From an uncultured Gammaproteobacteria bacterium (GTDB lineage: Bacteria > Patescibacteriota > Patescibacteriia > Magasanikbacterales > UBA922): a stretch of 64,000 nt of DNA. The notes beneath the pieces were generated by a model. That model was given only the letters and a program-made list of their open reading frames with translations, was not told where the DNA came from and searched no databases. The stretch spans positions 236,215 to 300,214 of the forward strand of contig CAYFPM010000001.1 of the NCBI GenBank assembly GCA_964345045.1, in the 5' to 3' direction. Of the stretch, positions 7,380 to 16,939 are shown one piece after another. A program made the translations under genes and the position numbers. How positions within the stretch are numbered: position 1 is the first letter of the stretch; each line of letters starts with the position of its first letter.

Positions 7380-7760
7380 GAAGTCTACACTTGACTTCTC
7401 CGGCCTATCCCTCCTTGTTGTTTTTTTGAGTGCTATGCCGTTTCATATTTCATCCTTGGGGGGATCGTCAGCTGTCTAGACATTGAGTCCATATGCTGAT
7501 ACCACTTCCAGGCAACACTCAGAGCACTCTACAAGTAGACTGCCCTCATCCCAGCTCTCTTTGGTCATCCGTTTAGAACGGCTGTCCTAGCTGGGTTCTC
7601 TTTGGCCTCATCCAACTCGGAGGCGTTATGGGCGGCGGTACAGTTTACTCCTGTTTGACAGTATTCAGCCAAACGGGCTGTACCAGAGGTAGGCCTTCAA
7701 GGCTTTCCTCCTTTCTATCCCTTTTGGCCGAATAGGCCGCAGGGGATTAGTCTTTTTATC
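7380..7760 (-). ncRNA. GC-rich ORF-free segment. Candidate structured ncRNA of unknown class.
   Basis: About 380 nt at roughly 50% GC inside AT-rich DNA. No ORF of 60 aa or more on either strand except an antisense artefact. Many local hairpins, for example ggccggaagaagtc...gacttctccggcc and ggcc-tattc-ggcc. A terminator follows on the minus strand. I could not match RNase P, tmRNA or SRP motifs. Confidence 0.2.
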
Positions 7761-7859
7761 ATATAATTAGAGGTCTGTCAAGAAGAGTAGGTGGACAAAA
7801 CAAAAAATTACCTTAATTTAGGCAATTTTTATCTTTTAATTAGTCGGCTTGACTTTTTA

Positions 7860-8100
7860 TTGGTTTTGCGGTATTATGTAGCCGTTACCCCAAATGGGGT
7901 AGCAACCGCAGACAGTAGCTTCACCCTTCGGGTGATTAAATACGCTACCGAGGTATCCTAAGTTGGCTAAGTAAACTTAGTTCTCTAAGTTGCTTTAGTT
8001 AAAAAGGTCGAGGATAACCAAATAGGTCTGTGGTGAAAACCACAGTTTTTTAATTCAAAACTAAGTTAACTTAGATAACTTAGTTCAACTTAGAAACTTA
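7860..8100 (+). promoter_or_regulatory. Putative rplJ (L10) leader region
   Basis: Hairpins ccccaaatgggg, cacccttcgggtg and ctgtggtgaaaaccacag. Immediately before the start codon the AACTTAG-like motif repeats five times: actaagttaacttagataacttagttcaacttagaaacttag. Confidence 0.3.
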
Positions 8101-8103
8101 GCT

Positions 8104-8625
8104 ATGGCTAAGACAAGACAACAAAAAGAAGAAGCTGTACAAGGTTTGGCAACATCTATAAAAGATGCCAAAGCAGCAGTTTTTGCCAATTTTCAAGGTT
8201 TGAAAGTGTCTGAGTCCGAAGAACTTCGTGGCAAATGTAGAGAAAATAATATTTCTTACGTTGCTACCAAGAAAACCCTTTTGGGCAGAGCTCTAAAAGA
8301 AGCCGGATTAGAAGTAGACACCAAAACTTTCGAAGGTGGTGTGGCCACAATACTTGGGCAAGATGACGAAGTCGCTCCAGCCCAAATAATTGCTGACTTT
8401 GCCAAAGACCACGAACTAGTAACCATCTTTGGTGGTGTGCTAGAAGGTGAGTTTATTGACGCAGCCAAAGTAACAGAATTGTCCAAGCTTCCAAGCAAGC
8501 AACAATTGCTTGGTCAGTTGGTTGGCACATTGAACGCTCCAGTATCTGGATTTGTAAATGTACTTGCCGGCAATATGCGTGGACTAGTAAACGTCCTTAA
8601 CGGGATTAAAGAATCAAAAGCCTAA
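8104..8625 (+). CDS. rplJ: 50S ribosomal protein L10
   Basis: MAKTRQQKEEAVQGLA...FANFQGLKVSESEELRGKCRE...TKKTLLGRAL is the L10 family pattern. It is followed by rplL. Confidence 0.93.
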   Translation: MAKTRQQKEEAVQGLATSIKDAKAAVFANFQGLKVSESEELRGKCRENNISYVATKKTLLGRALKEAGLEVDTKTFEGGVATILGQDDEVAPAQIIADFAKDHELVTIFGGVLEGEFIDAAKVTELSKLPSKQQLLGQLVGTLNAPVSGFVNVLAGNMRGLVNVLNGIKESKA

Positions 8626-8628
8626 CCT

Positions 8629-8692
8629 TACCCCCTCAGTCCTTGCTCTACTTCGTGAGCTCGGACAGCTCCCCCTACTAGGGGGAGCAAAA
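8629..8692. repeat. GC-rich hairpin repeat, family F2 (CTCCCCCT-N4-AGGGGGAG core)
   Basis: cagctccccctactagggggagc with upstream ccttaccccctcagtccttgctctacttcgtgagctcgg. Related to the in-frame insert in uppP at 49655..49745 and to hairpins at 58377..58397. Confidence 0.5.
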
Positions 8693-8738
8693 GAAGAAAT
8701 ACTAATATAATTAGTTTAAATTCAATAACTTATATACT

Positions 8739-9179
8739 ATGAGTGAAGAAACACAAACTCCTGCAGTAGAGGAGAAAAAAGACGTAGAAGTACCTGCAAA
8801 ATTTAAATCTCTTGTAGAAGAGGTTGAAAAAATGTCTGTACTAGATTTGTCAGAACTTGTAAAAGTTCTAGAAGACAAATTTGGTGTTAGCGCTGCTGCT
8901 CCAGCTGCCATGATGATGGCTCCAGGAGCTGCTGCTGGTGGAGACGCTGGTGCTGCTGCCGAAGAAAAATCAGAATTCAATGTAGAACTTACAGATGCTG
9001 GTAGCAACAAAATTGCTGTTATCAAAGCTGTAAAAGCTGCTACTGGTTTGGGACTAGCAGATGCCAAAGCTTTGGTAGACGGTGCTCCAAAAGTAGTAAA
9101 AGAAAATGTAAAGAAAGAAGAAGCCGAAGAATTGAAAAAAGCTATCGAAGAAGCTGGTGGAAAAGCAGAACTAAAATAA
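8739..9179 (+). CDS. rplL: 50S ribosomal protein L7/L12
   Basis: MSEETQT...[22 protein letters not shown]..., an Ala/Gly hinge, then ...[13 protein letters not shown]. Confidence 0.95.
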   Translation: MSEETQTPAVEEKKDVEVPAKFKSLVEEVEKMSVLDLSELVKVLEDKFGVSAAAPAAMMMAPGAAAGGDAGAAAEEKSEFNVELTDAGSNKIAVIKAVKAATGLGLADAKALVDGAPKVVKENVKKEEAEELKKAIEEAGGKAELK

Positions 9180-9191
9180 GTTTTGTAAAAA

Positions 9192-9230
9192 CAAAAATCC
9201 GCATCCAAAAGATGCGGATTTTTTTATTTT
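9192..9230. terminator. Bidirectional rho-independent terminator between convergent rplL and the 717-aa gene
   Basis: aaaaatccgcatc caaaa gatgcggattttt ttatttt. Confidence 0.7.
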
Positions 9231-11384
9231 CTATTCTAGATCAAAAGAGTAAATTTTATTTTGATCCAAGATATATACCAAATCTTTTTCTTCTAGCACC
9301 ACCATGCCAGTTGGGTTTTGCCAATCTGTACTAGTATATTGGCCAATTAATCTACCATCTTTGGCCAAAATCACCACTCTTTTTTGGCTAGGTTCTAAAA
9401 TATATAAATTATTTACATCGTTGTAAGTCCATATTTGTTTAGGATTGGTTAGGGTTGGATCTAGGCCTGTGATATCAAAATTTTCTTTTCGGCCTTTGGT
9501 AAATTTGTTTAAGATTCCGTCTTCGTTTAGTACAAAGATATCCCCATCGATAGCCAATGAAGTAGCTTGACTCAAATCAATATTAGTATCTTTCAACCAT
9601 TTGGAACCACGATCAAAACCAGTTTGAGTGGTGCTGTGTTTTAGAATTTGGCTGTTATTTTTATCTACACTGTAGAGACGTTGATTGTATACAACCAAAC
9701 TTCCAATCTCAGAATCTTCAGACACATCCAAATCTTTGGCTACAACGGCGCCTGTTTCTTTGTCAAAAATCGCAATTTGGTTTTTCCCAGACAAAAATAC
9801 TATTTGGTCTTGTTCTTTTGGAGTACTGGCTTGTGCTAATTTTAGAGCAGAACTATATTCTTTTGACTCAAAATTATTGGTGTCTGTATCAAATAAATAT
9901 AATTTTTGTTCACCTTCTCCAAAGGCTACCAATTTATTGTCTATAATAGCTAGTTCGGAGACATTAACATTTTCGGTTTTTGTGGCAATATCAAAAACTA
10001 ATTTAGCTTCAACATCTTTTACTTTTCTTAGTACTTGTAATTTTTCTTCTATACTTTGGGCAAGTTTTTGTTTTTGGGATATTTCTTCGTCAGACTTGTC
10101 TGGCAAATTTTCTATCATTTGGCTGGCTTCTTGAAGTAGGTTAAAAGCTTTGCTTTCGTCTTCGTAGATCATACTAGCTTCGGCAGCATCTCTTTTGTCT
10201 ACAATTGCTTGAATTTGGTTTTGGTATTCGGCCTCGGCTTGGATTTTGGCTTCGCTTATTTTGGAAATAGAGACACTAGCCAAAAAACCAATCCCAAGCA
10301 AAACTGTAATCAAAAATAAAATTTTGCTAGCCAGAGGAAGATTAGTAACAAAATCTTTTTTCCTTTGGATAGAATTTTCTATACTTTGCAAAACAATTTG
10401 TCTTTGTCCGCCGCGGTTAGTGATTAGAAGTATAATAGAAACAAGTACCTGCCACAGCCAGATAGCAATAGATTTTATAAGTTTATAAACACCAATAGAA
10501 CCAGCTACCAAGGCTCTCCCCAAAGTAATAAGGGTAATCGCAAAAAAACTTTGTTCTTCCATATCATGTCTAGGACGGTAGTTGGTCTCTATTTTTGGTT
10601 TTTTTATAGAGTATTTAGGAGCAGTTTTTTTGAGGGTAGGTTTTTCTTCTATATAATCATCATCTTCTTCTTCCACAACGTTAGTAGCTTCTATTTTGGG
10701 GCTAGGATTTTTTGCAATCAAGCGGTTTGATTTTGTAGGGGAGTGAAAAAGAATTCCCCCATAAGATAGTTCATTTTTCAAATTACTTAAGACCTTTTGG
10801 ACATGAGCCGCACTGTGTCTGGTAGTCCTCGAGGCGACTATTTTTTTGATTCGGTCTACAGAGATAAAATCAATTACATGAGGAGTGGTAACATATAGGT
10901 AATCGCCATCTTTTAATTCTCCTTCCAATACGGCCGAAAAAAGTTGTTCGTCGTCAGCTTCTTCTTCGGTTGCCAAGATATCAATGTCGTGTAGTTCTTC
11001 TTTTTTGCTAAAGATTAGATTGGCAGATGGGTTGCCGTGGTAGGCCAGTGAAACCTTGTTTTCTTTTAGAACACCCACAATACAATTAACTATAGAATTT
11101 CTATTGTCTAATATATGGTGGCCACGTCGGTTGATATGCTCTAGGGTCAGTTCAAAAGGATCTTTGTCGTCTTTTGGTTCCAGTTCGTAATATCCAGATT
11201 CCAAGTCGTCTATCATTTCTTGCAAATGTTCGATTTGTTCTATAGAGCCTGCATTTATTTCGCAGACAGCAAAAAAATAGCCTCTCTCTATTTCATCGGA
11301 AGTTGTGGGTTCTGTGATGTGCAACAGTACGTGTGATCTATTTTGATCTCCACCTTCTACAAAAAATTCGTGTAACTCTATCAT
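9231..11384 (-). CDS. Large membrane protein with C-terminal beta-propeller-like repeats. Function unknown.
   Basis: 717 aa. Central TM helices (FFAITLITLGRALVAGSIGVY..., ILFLITVLLGIGFLASV). A coiled-coil stretch. C-terminal repeated YxxD/N-rich strands typical of propeller folds. Confidence 0.65.
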   Translation of the reverse strand: MIELHEFFVEGGDQNRSHVLLHITEPTTSDEIERGYFFAVCEINAGSIEQIEHLQEMIDDLESGYYELEPKDDKDPFELTLEHINRRGHHILDNRNSIVNCIVGVLKENKVSLAYHGNPSANLIFSKKEELHDIDILATEEEADDEQLFSAVLEGELKDGDYLYVTTPHVIDFISVDRIKKIVASRTTRHSAAHVQKVLSNLKNELSYGGILFHSPTKSNRLIAKNPSPKIEATNVVEEEDDDYIEEKPTLKKTAPKYSIKKPKIETNYRPRHDMEEQSFFAITLITLGRALVAGSIGVYKLIKSIAIWLWQVLVSIILLITNRGGQRQIVLQSIENSIQRKKDFVTNLPLASKILFLITVLLGIGFLASVSISKISEAKIQAEAEYQNQIQAIVDKRDAAEASMIYEDESKAFNLLQEASQMIENLPDKSDEEISQKQKLAQSIEEKLQVLRKVKDVEAKLVFDIATKTENVNVSELAIIDNKLVAFGEGEQKLYLFDTDTNNFESKEYSSALKLAQASTPKEQDQIVFLSGKNQIAIFDKETGAVVAKDLDVSEDSEIGSLVVYNQRLYSVDKNNSQILKHSTTQTGFDRGSKWLKDTNIDLSQATSLAIDGDIFVLNEDGILNKFTKGRKENFDITGLDPTLTNPKQIWTYNDVNNLYILEPSQKRVVILAKDGRLIGQYTSTDWQNPTGMVVLEEKDLVYILDQNKIYSFDLE

Positions 11385-11515
11385 ATAGCTCTTTACACCT
11401 AAGTTTGGCTAAATTATACTATATAAAAACCAAGCGAGCAATGGAGATTTTGCTCTTGATAGAAATAAGGAGAAATGCTAGAATCCCTTACTCGATATAG
11501 TAATAAAAAATATTT

Positions 11516-12097
11516 ATGCTTGAACACCTATTTGGTTCAAAAACAAGATTAAAATTATTAAAGATTTTTTTTAGAGACACTACGGCCTCTTATTTTGTAA
11601 GAGAGCTTACTAGGCTAACCGACTCTCAGATAAATGCTGTTAGAAGGGAGCTTGGCCTATTGGTAAAGGCTGGAATAGTAAAAGAAGTAAAAGATAAGAA
11701 AGAAGGTTCTGCTTTGCGCAAATATTATTCAATTGACACTGAGTCAATTTTGTATACAGAATTACAAGCCCTACTTTTGAAAGATCAAACTATTGGCGAG
11801 AAGCAGTTTATAAAAGATATAGAGACCAAAGCCGGTGATTTGAGACTACTTTTGCTTACTGGTAGATTTACCGGAGACAAAAGAGCTCCTAGTGATATGT
11901 TGCTCGTAGGTGAAAAAATAAAAGAAACTAGTGTAAATAAGTTGGTAAAAAAATACGAAAAAGAATTGGGGACAGAGATAAATTATACTATAATGTCTGT
12001 ACAAGAATTTACAGATCGCAGAAATGTAATGGACAAATTTTTGTTTTCTTTGTTTGAATCAAAAAGTGTAAAAGTTTTGGATAAACTTACAGAATAA
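11516..12097 (+). CDS. wHTH with minimal nucleotidyltransferase (MNT)-like domain protein
   Basis: N-terminus LFGSKTRLKLLKIF...RELTRLTDSQINAVRRELGLLVKAGIV is a winged helix. The central GRFTGDKRAPSDMLLVG resembles the NTase GS..RG....SDIDLLV motif. Confidence 0.45.
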   Translation: MLEHLFGSKTRLKLLKIFFRDTTASYFVRELTRLTDSQINAVRRELGLLVKAGIVKEVKDKKEGSALRKYYSIDTESILYTELQALLLKDQTIGEKQFIKDIETKAGDLRLLLLTGRFTGDKRAPSDMLLVGEKIKETSVNKLVKKYEKELGTEINYTIMSVQEFTDRRNVMDKFLFSLFESKSVKVLDKLTE

Positions 12098-12102
12098 TAT
12101 TT

Positions 12103-12486
12103 ATGTTTTTAGCTATAGATCTCTCGGAAAGAGCGTGTGTTAAATTATGTCTTTTTGATAATGAGAAAGAAATTGATTTTGAAGTAGAGGGAGAAAACAG
12201 AGAACTTTTAGAGTCTATAGACTCTTTTTTTATTAAAGAAAAATTTGATAAGGAAAAGTTATTAGGGATCGCCGTAGTAGTGGGATCGGGGGCTTTTACC
12301 AGTACTAGAATTGCGACTACCACAGCCAATGCCTTTGCTTTTGCTTTGGGTGTTCCTGTTTTGGCGATTACTATAGAAGATTTAAAAGATAAGAAGAAAA
12401 TAGTAAAAAAATTTGATACAGATATAAAAGGTAAATACATCTCGGCTACATATTCTGCTGAGCCGAATATAGGTAAAAAGAAATGA
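12103..12486 (+). CDS. tsaB: tRNA threonylcarbamoyladenosine biosynthesis protein TsaB-like (N-domain only, truncated form)
   Basis: MFLAIDLSER...LLGIAVVVGSGAFTSTRIATTTANAFAFALGVPVLAIT matches the YeaZ/TsaB core LDAIAVGRGPGSFTGVRIGIG.AQGLA...P. Only 127 aa. Confidence 0.55.
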   Translation: MFLAIDLSERACVKLCLFDNEKEIDFEVEGENRELLESIDSFFIKEKFDKEKLLGIAVVVGSGAFTSTRIATTTANAFAFALGVPVLAITIEDLKDKKKIVKKFDTDIKGKYISATYSAEPNIGKKK

Positions 12487-12758
12487 ACCAACTTAAATTA
12501 AAAATTTTTGGCAAGGTACAAGGAGTTTTTTTTCGAGTAGAGTTGTGTAAATTTGCCAAGGAGCTTGGTATTTTTGGTTGGATAAAAAACGTCTCCGACG
12601 GCACAGTAGAGATTTTGGCAGAAGGCAGTACCAAAGACTTGAAAAAATTGGTAAAATGGTGTAGAGTTGGTCCTTCTTTATCACATGTAGATAGAGTAGA
12701 AGAAAAGTGGGAAAAAATAGAAAAATGCCAATTTAGCAAGTTTATAATATTAGAATAA
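12483..12758 (+). CDS. acyP: Acylphosphatase
   Basis: KIFGKVQGVFFRVELCKFAKELGIFGWIKNVSDGTVEILAEGS...GP is the acylphosphatase signature. Confidence 0.75.
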   Translation: MNQLKLKIFGKVQGVFFRVELCKFAKELGIFGWIKNVSDGTVEILAEGSTKDLKKLVKWCRVGPSLSHVDRVEEKWEKIEKCQFSKFIILE

Positions 12759-12781
12759 TTACAAATTTTAAATTTTTAATC

Positions 12782-12810
12782 AATTATAAATTTAATTAAA
12801 ATTTATAATT
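12782..12810. promoter_or_regulatory. Near-perfect AT palindrome upstream of the GT2 gene. Possible operator or promoter element.
   Basis: aattataaattt aatta aaatttataatt. The ATTATAAATTT motif recurs upstream of mscS at about 38648. Confidence 0.25.
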
Positions 12811-12819
12811 TAAAATTAA

Positions 12820-14307
12820 ATGATCTCAGATTATCATCGCTACAGACTATACGAAATATTACCGGGTTTATCTATCTGGCTGACTTTGTTTTTAGGGATA
12901 TTTCTTTCTTTTGTAAAACCACTTTGGATAATTTATTTTATTATTTTGTTCGATATTTATTGGGTATTAAAAATTTTTAATTTCTCTTTTTATCTTTTGG
13001 TAGCCTGGCGCAGAATGAGCATTACCTTAAAGACGGATTGGTTTGGTAAACTAAAAGAAATTAGAGGCTGGGAAGAAAAAGAACATCTTGTTTTTTTGAC
13101 CGTGTTTAACGAAGAATGGGGGGTGGTAAAAACAGCCATTAGCAGTGTGGCCGATGCTGTTTATGACAAGAAAAAATTTACTTTGGTAGTAGCTGGTGAA
13201 GAAAGAAAAAAGGAACATTGTTTGGAAATAATAGAAAAAACCAAAGCAGAATTTGGAGACAAATTTGAAAAAATAATTGGGACGATCCACCCCAAAGATC
13301 TACCGGGAGAAATACCAGGCAAAGGATCAAACTTGCATTATGCCGAAAGACAAGTAAAAGAATATGTAGACAAAAAAGGTTGGAAATACAAAGATGTAAT
13401 TGTTACGGTTTTTGATATAGACACTGTTTGCCACAGAGAATATTTTAATTATTTGACGTATCTGTATTGCACTCACAAAAATCCAACTAGAACTTCTTTT
13501 CAACCAGTAGCGCTTTATAACAATAATATGTGGGAGTCCCCATCGGTACTTCGTGTAATGGCTTTTGGTACCACTTTTTGGCTTATGACAGCTCTGGCCA
13601 GACAAGATGCTCTTGTAACTTTTTCTTCTCATTCTATGAGTTTCGAAGCTTTGGTGGCTGCTGGTTTTCATGAAAAAAGAATTGTAAGTGAGGACTCTAG
13701 GATTTTTTATCAAGCTTTTTTGGCTTACAATGGCAAGTACGAAGTAACCCCAATGTATATACCAGTATCTATGGATACTGTACGAGATGATAATTGGTGG
13801 CAAAGTATGAAAAATCTTTATCTGCAACAGAGACGTTGGGCCTGGGGAGTAGAACATGTGCCATATCTACTTTGGGAATTTCGCAAAAAAGGCAAAAAAA
13901 TTGCTTGGTGGAAAAAATTTAAATGGGTGTTTATAGAATGGGAAGGCAAGTGGTCTTGGTCTTTGGTAGCAATTATGATTACTTTTTTCCCCAGATTACC
14001 TATGTGGGTGGCCTCGGATTCTGTCAATCAAAGTGCTTTGTTTTTCAATGCTCCACATTTGATTCAGGTGATTATTACCGGTTCTATGATAGGCATGCTT
14101 TTGTCGGCAATGTTTAGTTTTCCGCTTTTGCCAAAGCGGCCAAAATCTCATCCCAAGCATCGTTATATCACTATGCTTTTGCAGTGGCTGCTTTTGCCAA
14201 TCTCTCTTATTTTCGTTAGTGCTATACCGGCCATTGATGCTGTAACTCATCTTATGTTTGGTAAATATCTTGGTTTTAATATCTCGCAAAAGAAAAGAGC
14301 GAATTAA
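12820..14307 (+). CDS. Membrane-bound family-2 glycosyltransferase with QxxRW motif (processive beta-glycan synthase-like)
   Basis: N- and C-terminal TM helices. A D-x-D-like FDIDTV motif. The QQRRWAWG (QxxRW) motif. Confidence 0.75.
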   Translation: MISDYHRYRLYEILPGLSIWLTLFLGIFLSFVKPLWIIYFIILFDIYWVLKIFNFSFYLLVAWRRMSITLKTDWFGKLKEIRGWEEKEHLVFLTVFNEEWGVVKTAISSVADAVYDKKKFTLVVAGEERKKEHCLEIIEKTKAEFGDKFEKIIGTIHPKDLPGEIPGKGSNLHYAERQVKEYVDKKGWKYKDVIVTVFDIDTVCHREYFNYLTYLYCTHKNPTRTSFQPVALYNNNMWESPSVLRVMAFGTTFWLMTALARQDALVTFSSHSMSFEALVAAGFHEKRIVSEDSRIFYQAFLAYNGKYEVTPMYIPVSMDTVRDDNWWQSMKNLYLQQRRWAWGVEHVPYLLWEFRKKGKKIAWWKKFKWVFIEWEGKWSWSLVAIMITFFPRLPMWVASDSVNQSALFFNAPHLIQVIITGSMIGMLLSAMFSFPLLPKRPKSHPKHRYITMLLQWLLLPISLIFVSAIPAIDAVTHLMFGKYLGFNISQKKRAN

Positions 14308-14308
14308 T

Positions 14309-15778
14309 ATGATTCATTACAAAAACAAAAAAAGAAAAAAATGGCCATTTGTACTTTTGGCTTTTGTCTTGCTTTTGAGTGGGTTTGCTTTTTTTGTCTG
14401 GAGATTTGCTGGGACCCTGAATCCAGAAAAGATTTTGAATTTACCAGTGGTAAGACAAGAAGCAGAAAATATATTTGGAGGAGATACAGATTTTATTTAT
14501 AAATTACTACCACATTTTTTGGGCTTTTCAGAACCAAGAACAGTCTTGTTGCTTTTTCAAAATAATACCGAGCTTAGACCTTCCGGAGGTTTTATTGGTA
14601 GTTATGCCACGGTAAGAATAAACAAAGGGAAAGTAGATATCTTGAGAGTAGAAGGAAGTGAAAATTTGGATTGGCAAGCTCCAGATGATTGGATAGTAGA
14701 AGCACCAAGCATTTTAAAAGAAGAATTAAAAGTAGAAAAATGGTATTTTCGCGATAGCAATTGGTCGCCAGACTTTGTAGAGAGCGCCAAAAAAGCATTA
14801 GAATTTTATATAGCCGAAGGTGGGGTAGTTGGAGAAGAAATAGACACTGTAATCGCTATAACCCCGACTGTTTTGGAAAAAATGCTGGAATTATCTGGTT
14901 CGGTTATAGTAGATGGAATTGAATTTGATAATAATAATGTAACTGAAAAATTGGAATACGAAGTAGAATTTGGTTTTCGAGATAGAGGTATTCCTGTAGG
15001 AGAGAGAAAACAAATTATTGGTAGATTTATGTCGGTATTATTAAAAGAATTATCTAGTAATGCTTTTTCCAAAGGGTCTCAATACTTTGGAGAATTTAAG
15101 AAATTGGCAGAAGAAAAACATATTTTAGCTTTTAGCAAAAAAGAAGCTTTGCAAAATATTTTTGATGAAGAAGATTTGTCTGGTCGAGTAAAAGATTTTA
15201 GCGGGGACTACCTAATGTGGGTGGATGCCAATTTGGCAGCTCTAAAAACTGACCATGCGATTGAGAGAGAAGTTAGTTATAAAATTTTATCTTTGGAAAA
15301 TGATGCCGTGACCGCCTCGACCAAAATGACCTACAATCATACAGGGGAGTTTGACTGGCGTACCAGTAGATACAGAACTTATGCTAGATTGTATGTGCCA
15401 AATGGGGCCAAGCTTTTGGGTGTAAAACTTAATGGCAATGAAGAAAAATTTATAGATAGCAAAGTAGATACTGGCACAGAGTTGGGCAAGACCTGGTTTG
15501 GATATTTTACAGTTGTAGAACCAGGACAGATTGGTTCGGTCGAGTTTGTTTATGAATTGCCTAAACTCGTATTCGATAGCATAGATAATGGGGAGTACAA
15601 ATTATTTGTTCAAAAGCAGCCTGGCACAATTGAGCCAAAATTGACGCTAGACCTTAATTTTGATAAACCTATTACAGGGGCCAGCCCAGCAGAAGCAGAA
15701 AATGAGTGGGGCGATAGCTCTTACAAGCTAGAAACAAACCTTAGGGAAGATAGAGAGTTTGGAGTAGAACTGAAATAA
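14309..15778 (+). CDS. DUF4012-like membrane-anchored protein
   Basis: The internal Met at 14309 overlaps the GT2 stop. N-terminal TM (WPFVLLAFVLLLSGFAFFVW). ELRPSGGFIGSYATV motif. Co-located with a glycan synthase. Confidence 0.55.
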   Translation: MIHYKNKKRKKWPFVLLAFVLLLSGFAFFVWRFAGTLNPEKILNLPVVRQEAENIFGGDTDFIYKLLPHFLGFSEPRTVLLLFQNNTELRPSGGFIGSYATVRINKGKVDILRVEGSENLDWQAPDDWIVEAPSILKEELKVEKWYFRDSNWSPDFVESAKKALEFYIAEGGVVGEEIDTVIAITPTVLEKMLELSGSVIVDGIEFDNNNVTEKLEYEVEFGFRDRGIPVGERKQIIGRFMSVLLKELSSNAFSKGSQYFGEFKKLAEEKHILAFSKKEALQNIFDEEDLSGRVKDFSGDYLMWVDANLAALKTDHAIEREVSYKILSLENDAVTASTKMTYNHTGEFDWRTSRYRTYARLYVPNGAKLLGVKLNGNEEKFIDSKVDTGTELGKTWFGYFTVVEPGQIGSVEFVYELPKLVFDSIDNGEYKLFVQKQPGTIEPKLTLDLNFDKPITGASPAEAENEWGDSSYKLETNLREDREFGVELK

Positions 15779-15839
15779 TAAGTTTGTTTTCTTGTTTTAA
15801 TGATTTAATGTTCTAGTGTTTTAATGTTTTCATGAATTT

Positions 15840-16847
15840 ATGTTTGTAAAAAAAGTAGCCATTGATTTGGGAACAACAAACGTTTTGGTTCACGTGCCAA
15901 AGCGGGGAATTGTGGTAAATGAACCATCGGTAGTAGCCATTTCTAGAGAAGACAAAAAAGTTTTGGCAGTAGGAGCCGAGGCCAAAGATATGATAGGCCG
16001 TACGCCAGACACTATTATAGCCGAGCGGCCACTAAAAGATGGAGTAATTGCCAACTACCATACTACCGAAGCCATGCTTCGTTATTTTATCAATCGCGCT
16101 CTTGGTGGAGTAAGACTTTTTCGCCCCGAAGTAATGGTGGCTGTACCGGCTGGAATTACCTCTACAGAGCGTAGAGCTGTGATAGATGCTTCTATGGCTG
16201 CAGGAGCCAGAGCAGCTTATATTATAAAAGAGCCAATTGTAGCCGCTATTGGAGCCGACATTCCTATTGGTTCGGCTTCTGGACACATGGTAATAGATAT
16301 TGGAGGTGGTACAGCCGAGATTGCTGTTATTTCTTTGGGTGGGATTGTATCGGTTGGTTCGGTTAGAATTGGTGGCACCAGATTCGATCAATCAATTAGT
16401 GAATTTATTCGTCGCAAATATGGTTTGGCTGTGGGCGAGCGTACTGCCGAACAAATAAAAATCCAAGTTGGTTCGGCCATGTTTATGGATAAGCCCCTGA
16501 CAATGGAAGTAAAAGGGAGAGATGTGATTTCTGGCTTGCCTAGAAATTTGACGATTTCTTCGGACGATACTACCGAAGCTTTGCAACACGATATGGAAGG
16601 ATTGATAGAGGCTGTAAAAGAAGTACTTCACAAAACTCCACCAGAACTTTCGGCAGATGTAATGGACAAAGGTATTATTATGACCGGGGGGTCTTCTCAA
16701 CTTCGCAATTTGGACGAATTGATCTCGCAAGCTACTGGTGTTCCGTGTTACCTGGGCGAAGAGCCCCTTCTTTGTGTAGCCAAAGGAACTGGTATTGCTC
16801 TTGAAAACTTGGATAGTTACAAGAGGAGTATAATGTCAACAAAGTAA
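15840..16847 (+). CDS. mreB: Rod shape-determining protein MreB
   Basis: VAIDLGTTNVLVHV...VVNEPSVVA...DIGGGTAEIAVISLGGIV...IIMTGGSSQL are the actin-fold motifs. Confidence 0.95.
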   Translation: MFVKKVAIDLGTTNVLVHVPKRGIVVNEPSVVAISREDKKVLAVGAEAKDMIGRTPDTIIAERPLKDGVIANYHTTEAMLRYFINRALGGVRLFRPEVMVAVPAGITSTERRAVIDASMAAGARAAYIIKEPIVAAIGADIPIGSASGHMVIDIGGGTAEIAVISLGGIVSVGSVRIGGTRFDQSISEFIRRKYGLAVGERTAEQIKIQVGSAMFMDKPLTMEVKGRDVISGLPRNLTISSDDTTEALQHDMEGLIEAVKEVLHKTPPELSADVMDKGIIMTGGSSQLRNLDELISQATGVPCYLGEEPLLCVAKGTGIALENLDSYKRSIMSTK

Positions 16848-16852
16848 TTAAT

Positions 16853-16934
16853 GTACGAATTACGAATTTTACGAATGTACGAATTTTTAAAATTTAGTTA
16901 ATTCGCATATTCGCGATATTTGTAATTCGTACAT
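16853..16934. repeat. Palindromic array of TACGAAT/ATTCG units, family F3, copy A
   Basis: gtacgaattacgaattttacgaatgtacgaattttt aaaatttagtt aattcgcatattcgcgatatttgtaattcgtacat. A closely related copy lies at 63175..63249. Confidence 0.7.
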
Positions 16935-16939
16935 ATCTT

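Noticed and set aside
7380-7760. Assignment of the GC-rich block as RNase P RNA or tmRNA
   Set aside because: I could not find the invariant RNase P P4 motifs (GGAAAGUCCGG / ACAGAACCCGGCUUA). I also found no tmRNA tRNA-like ends and no tag reading frame. It is kept only as an unassigned ncRNA candidate.
8711-9208. 165-aa minus-strand ORF antisense to rplL. Similar antisense ORFs lie inside recJ, dnaK, glyQS and elsewhere.
   Set aside because: These lie entirely within strongly supported genes on the opposite strand and have Ala/Ser-rich low-complexity products.
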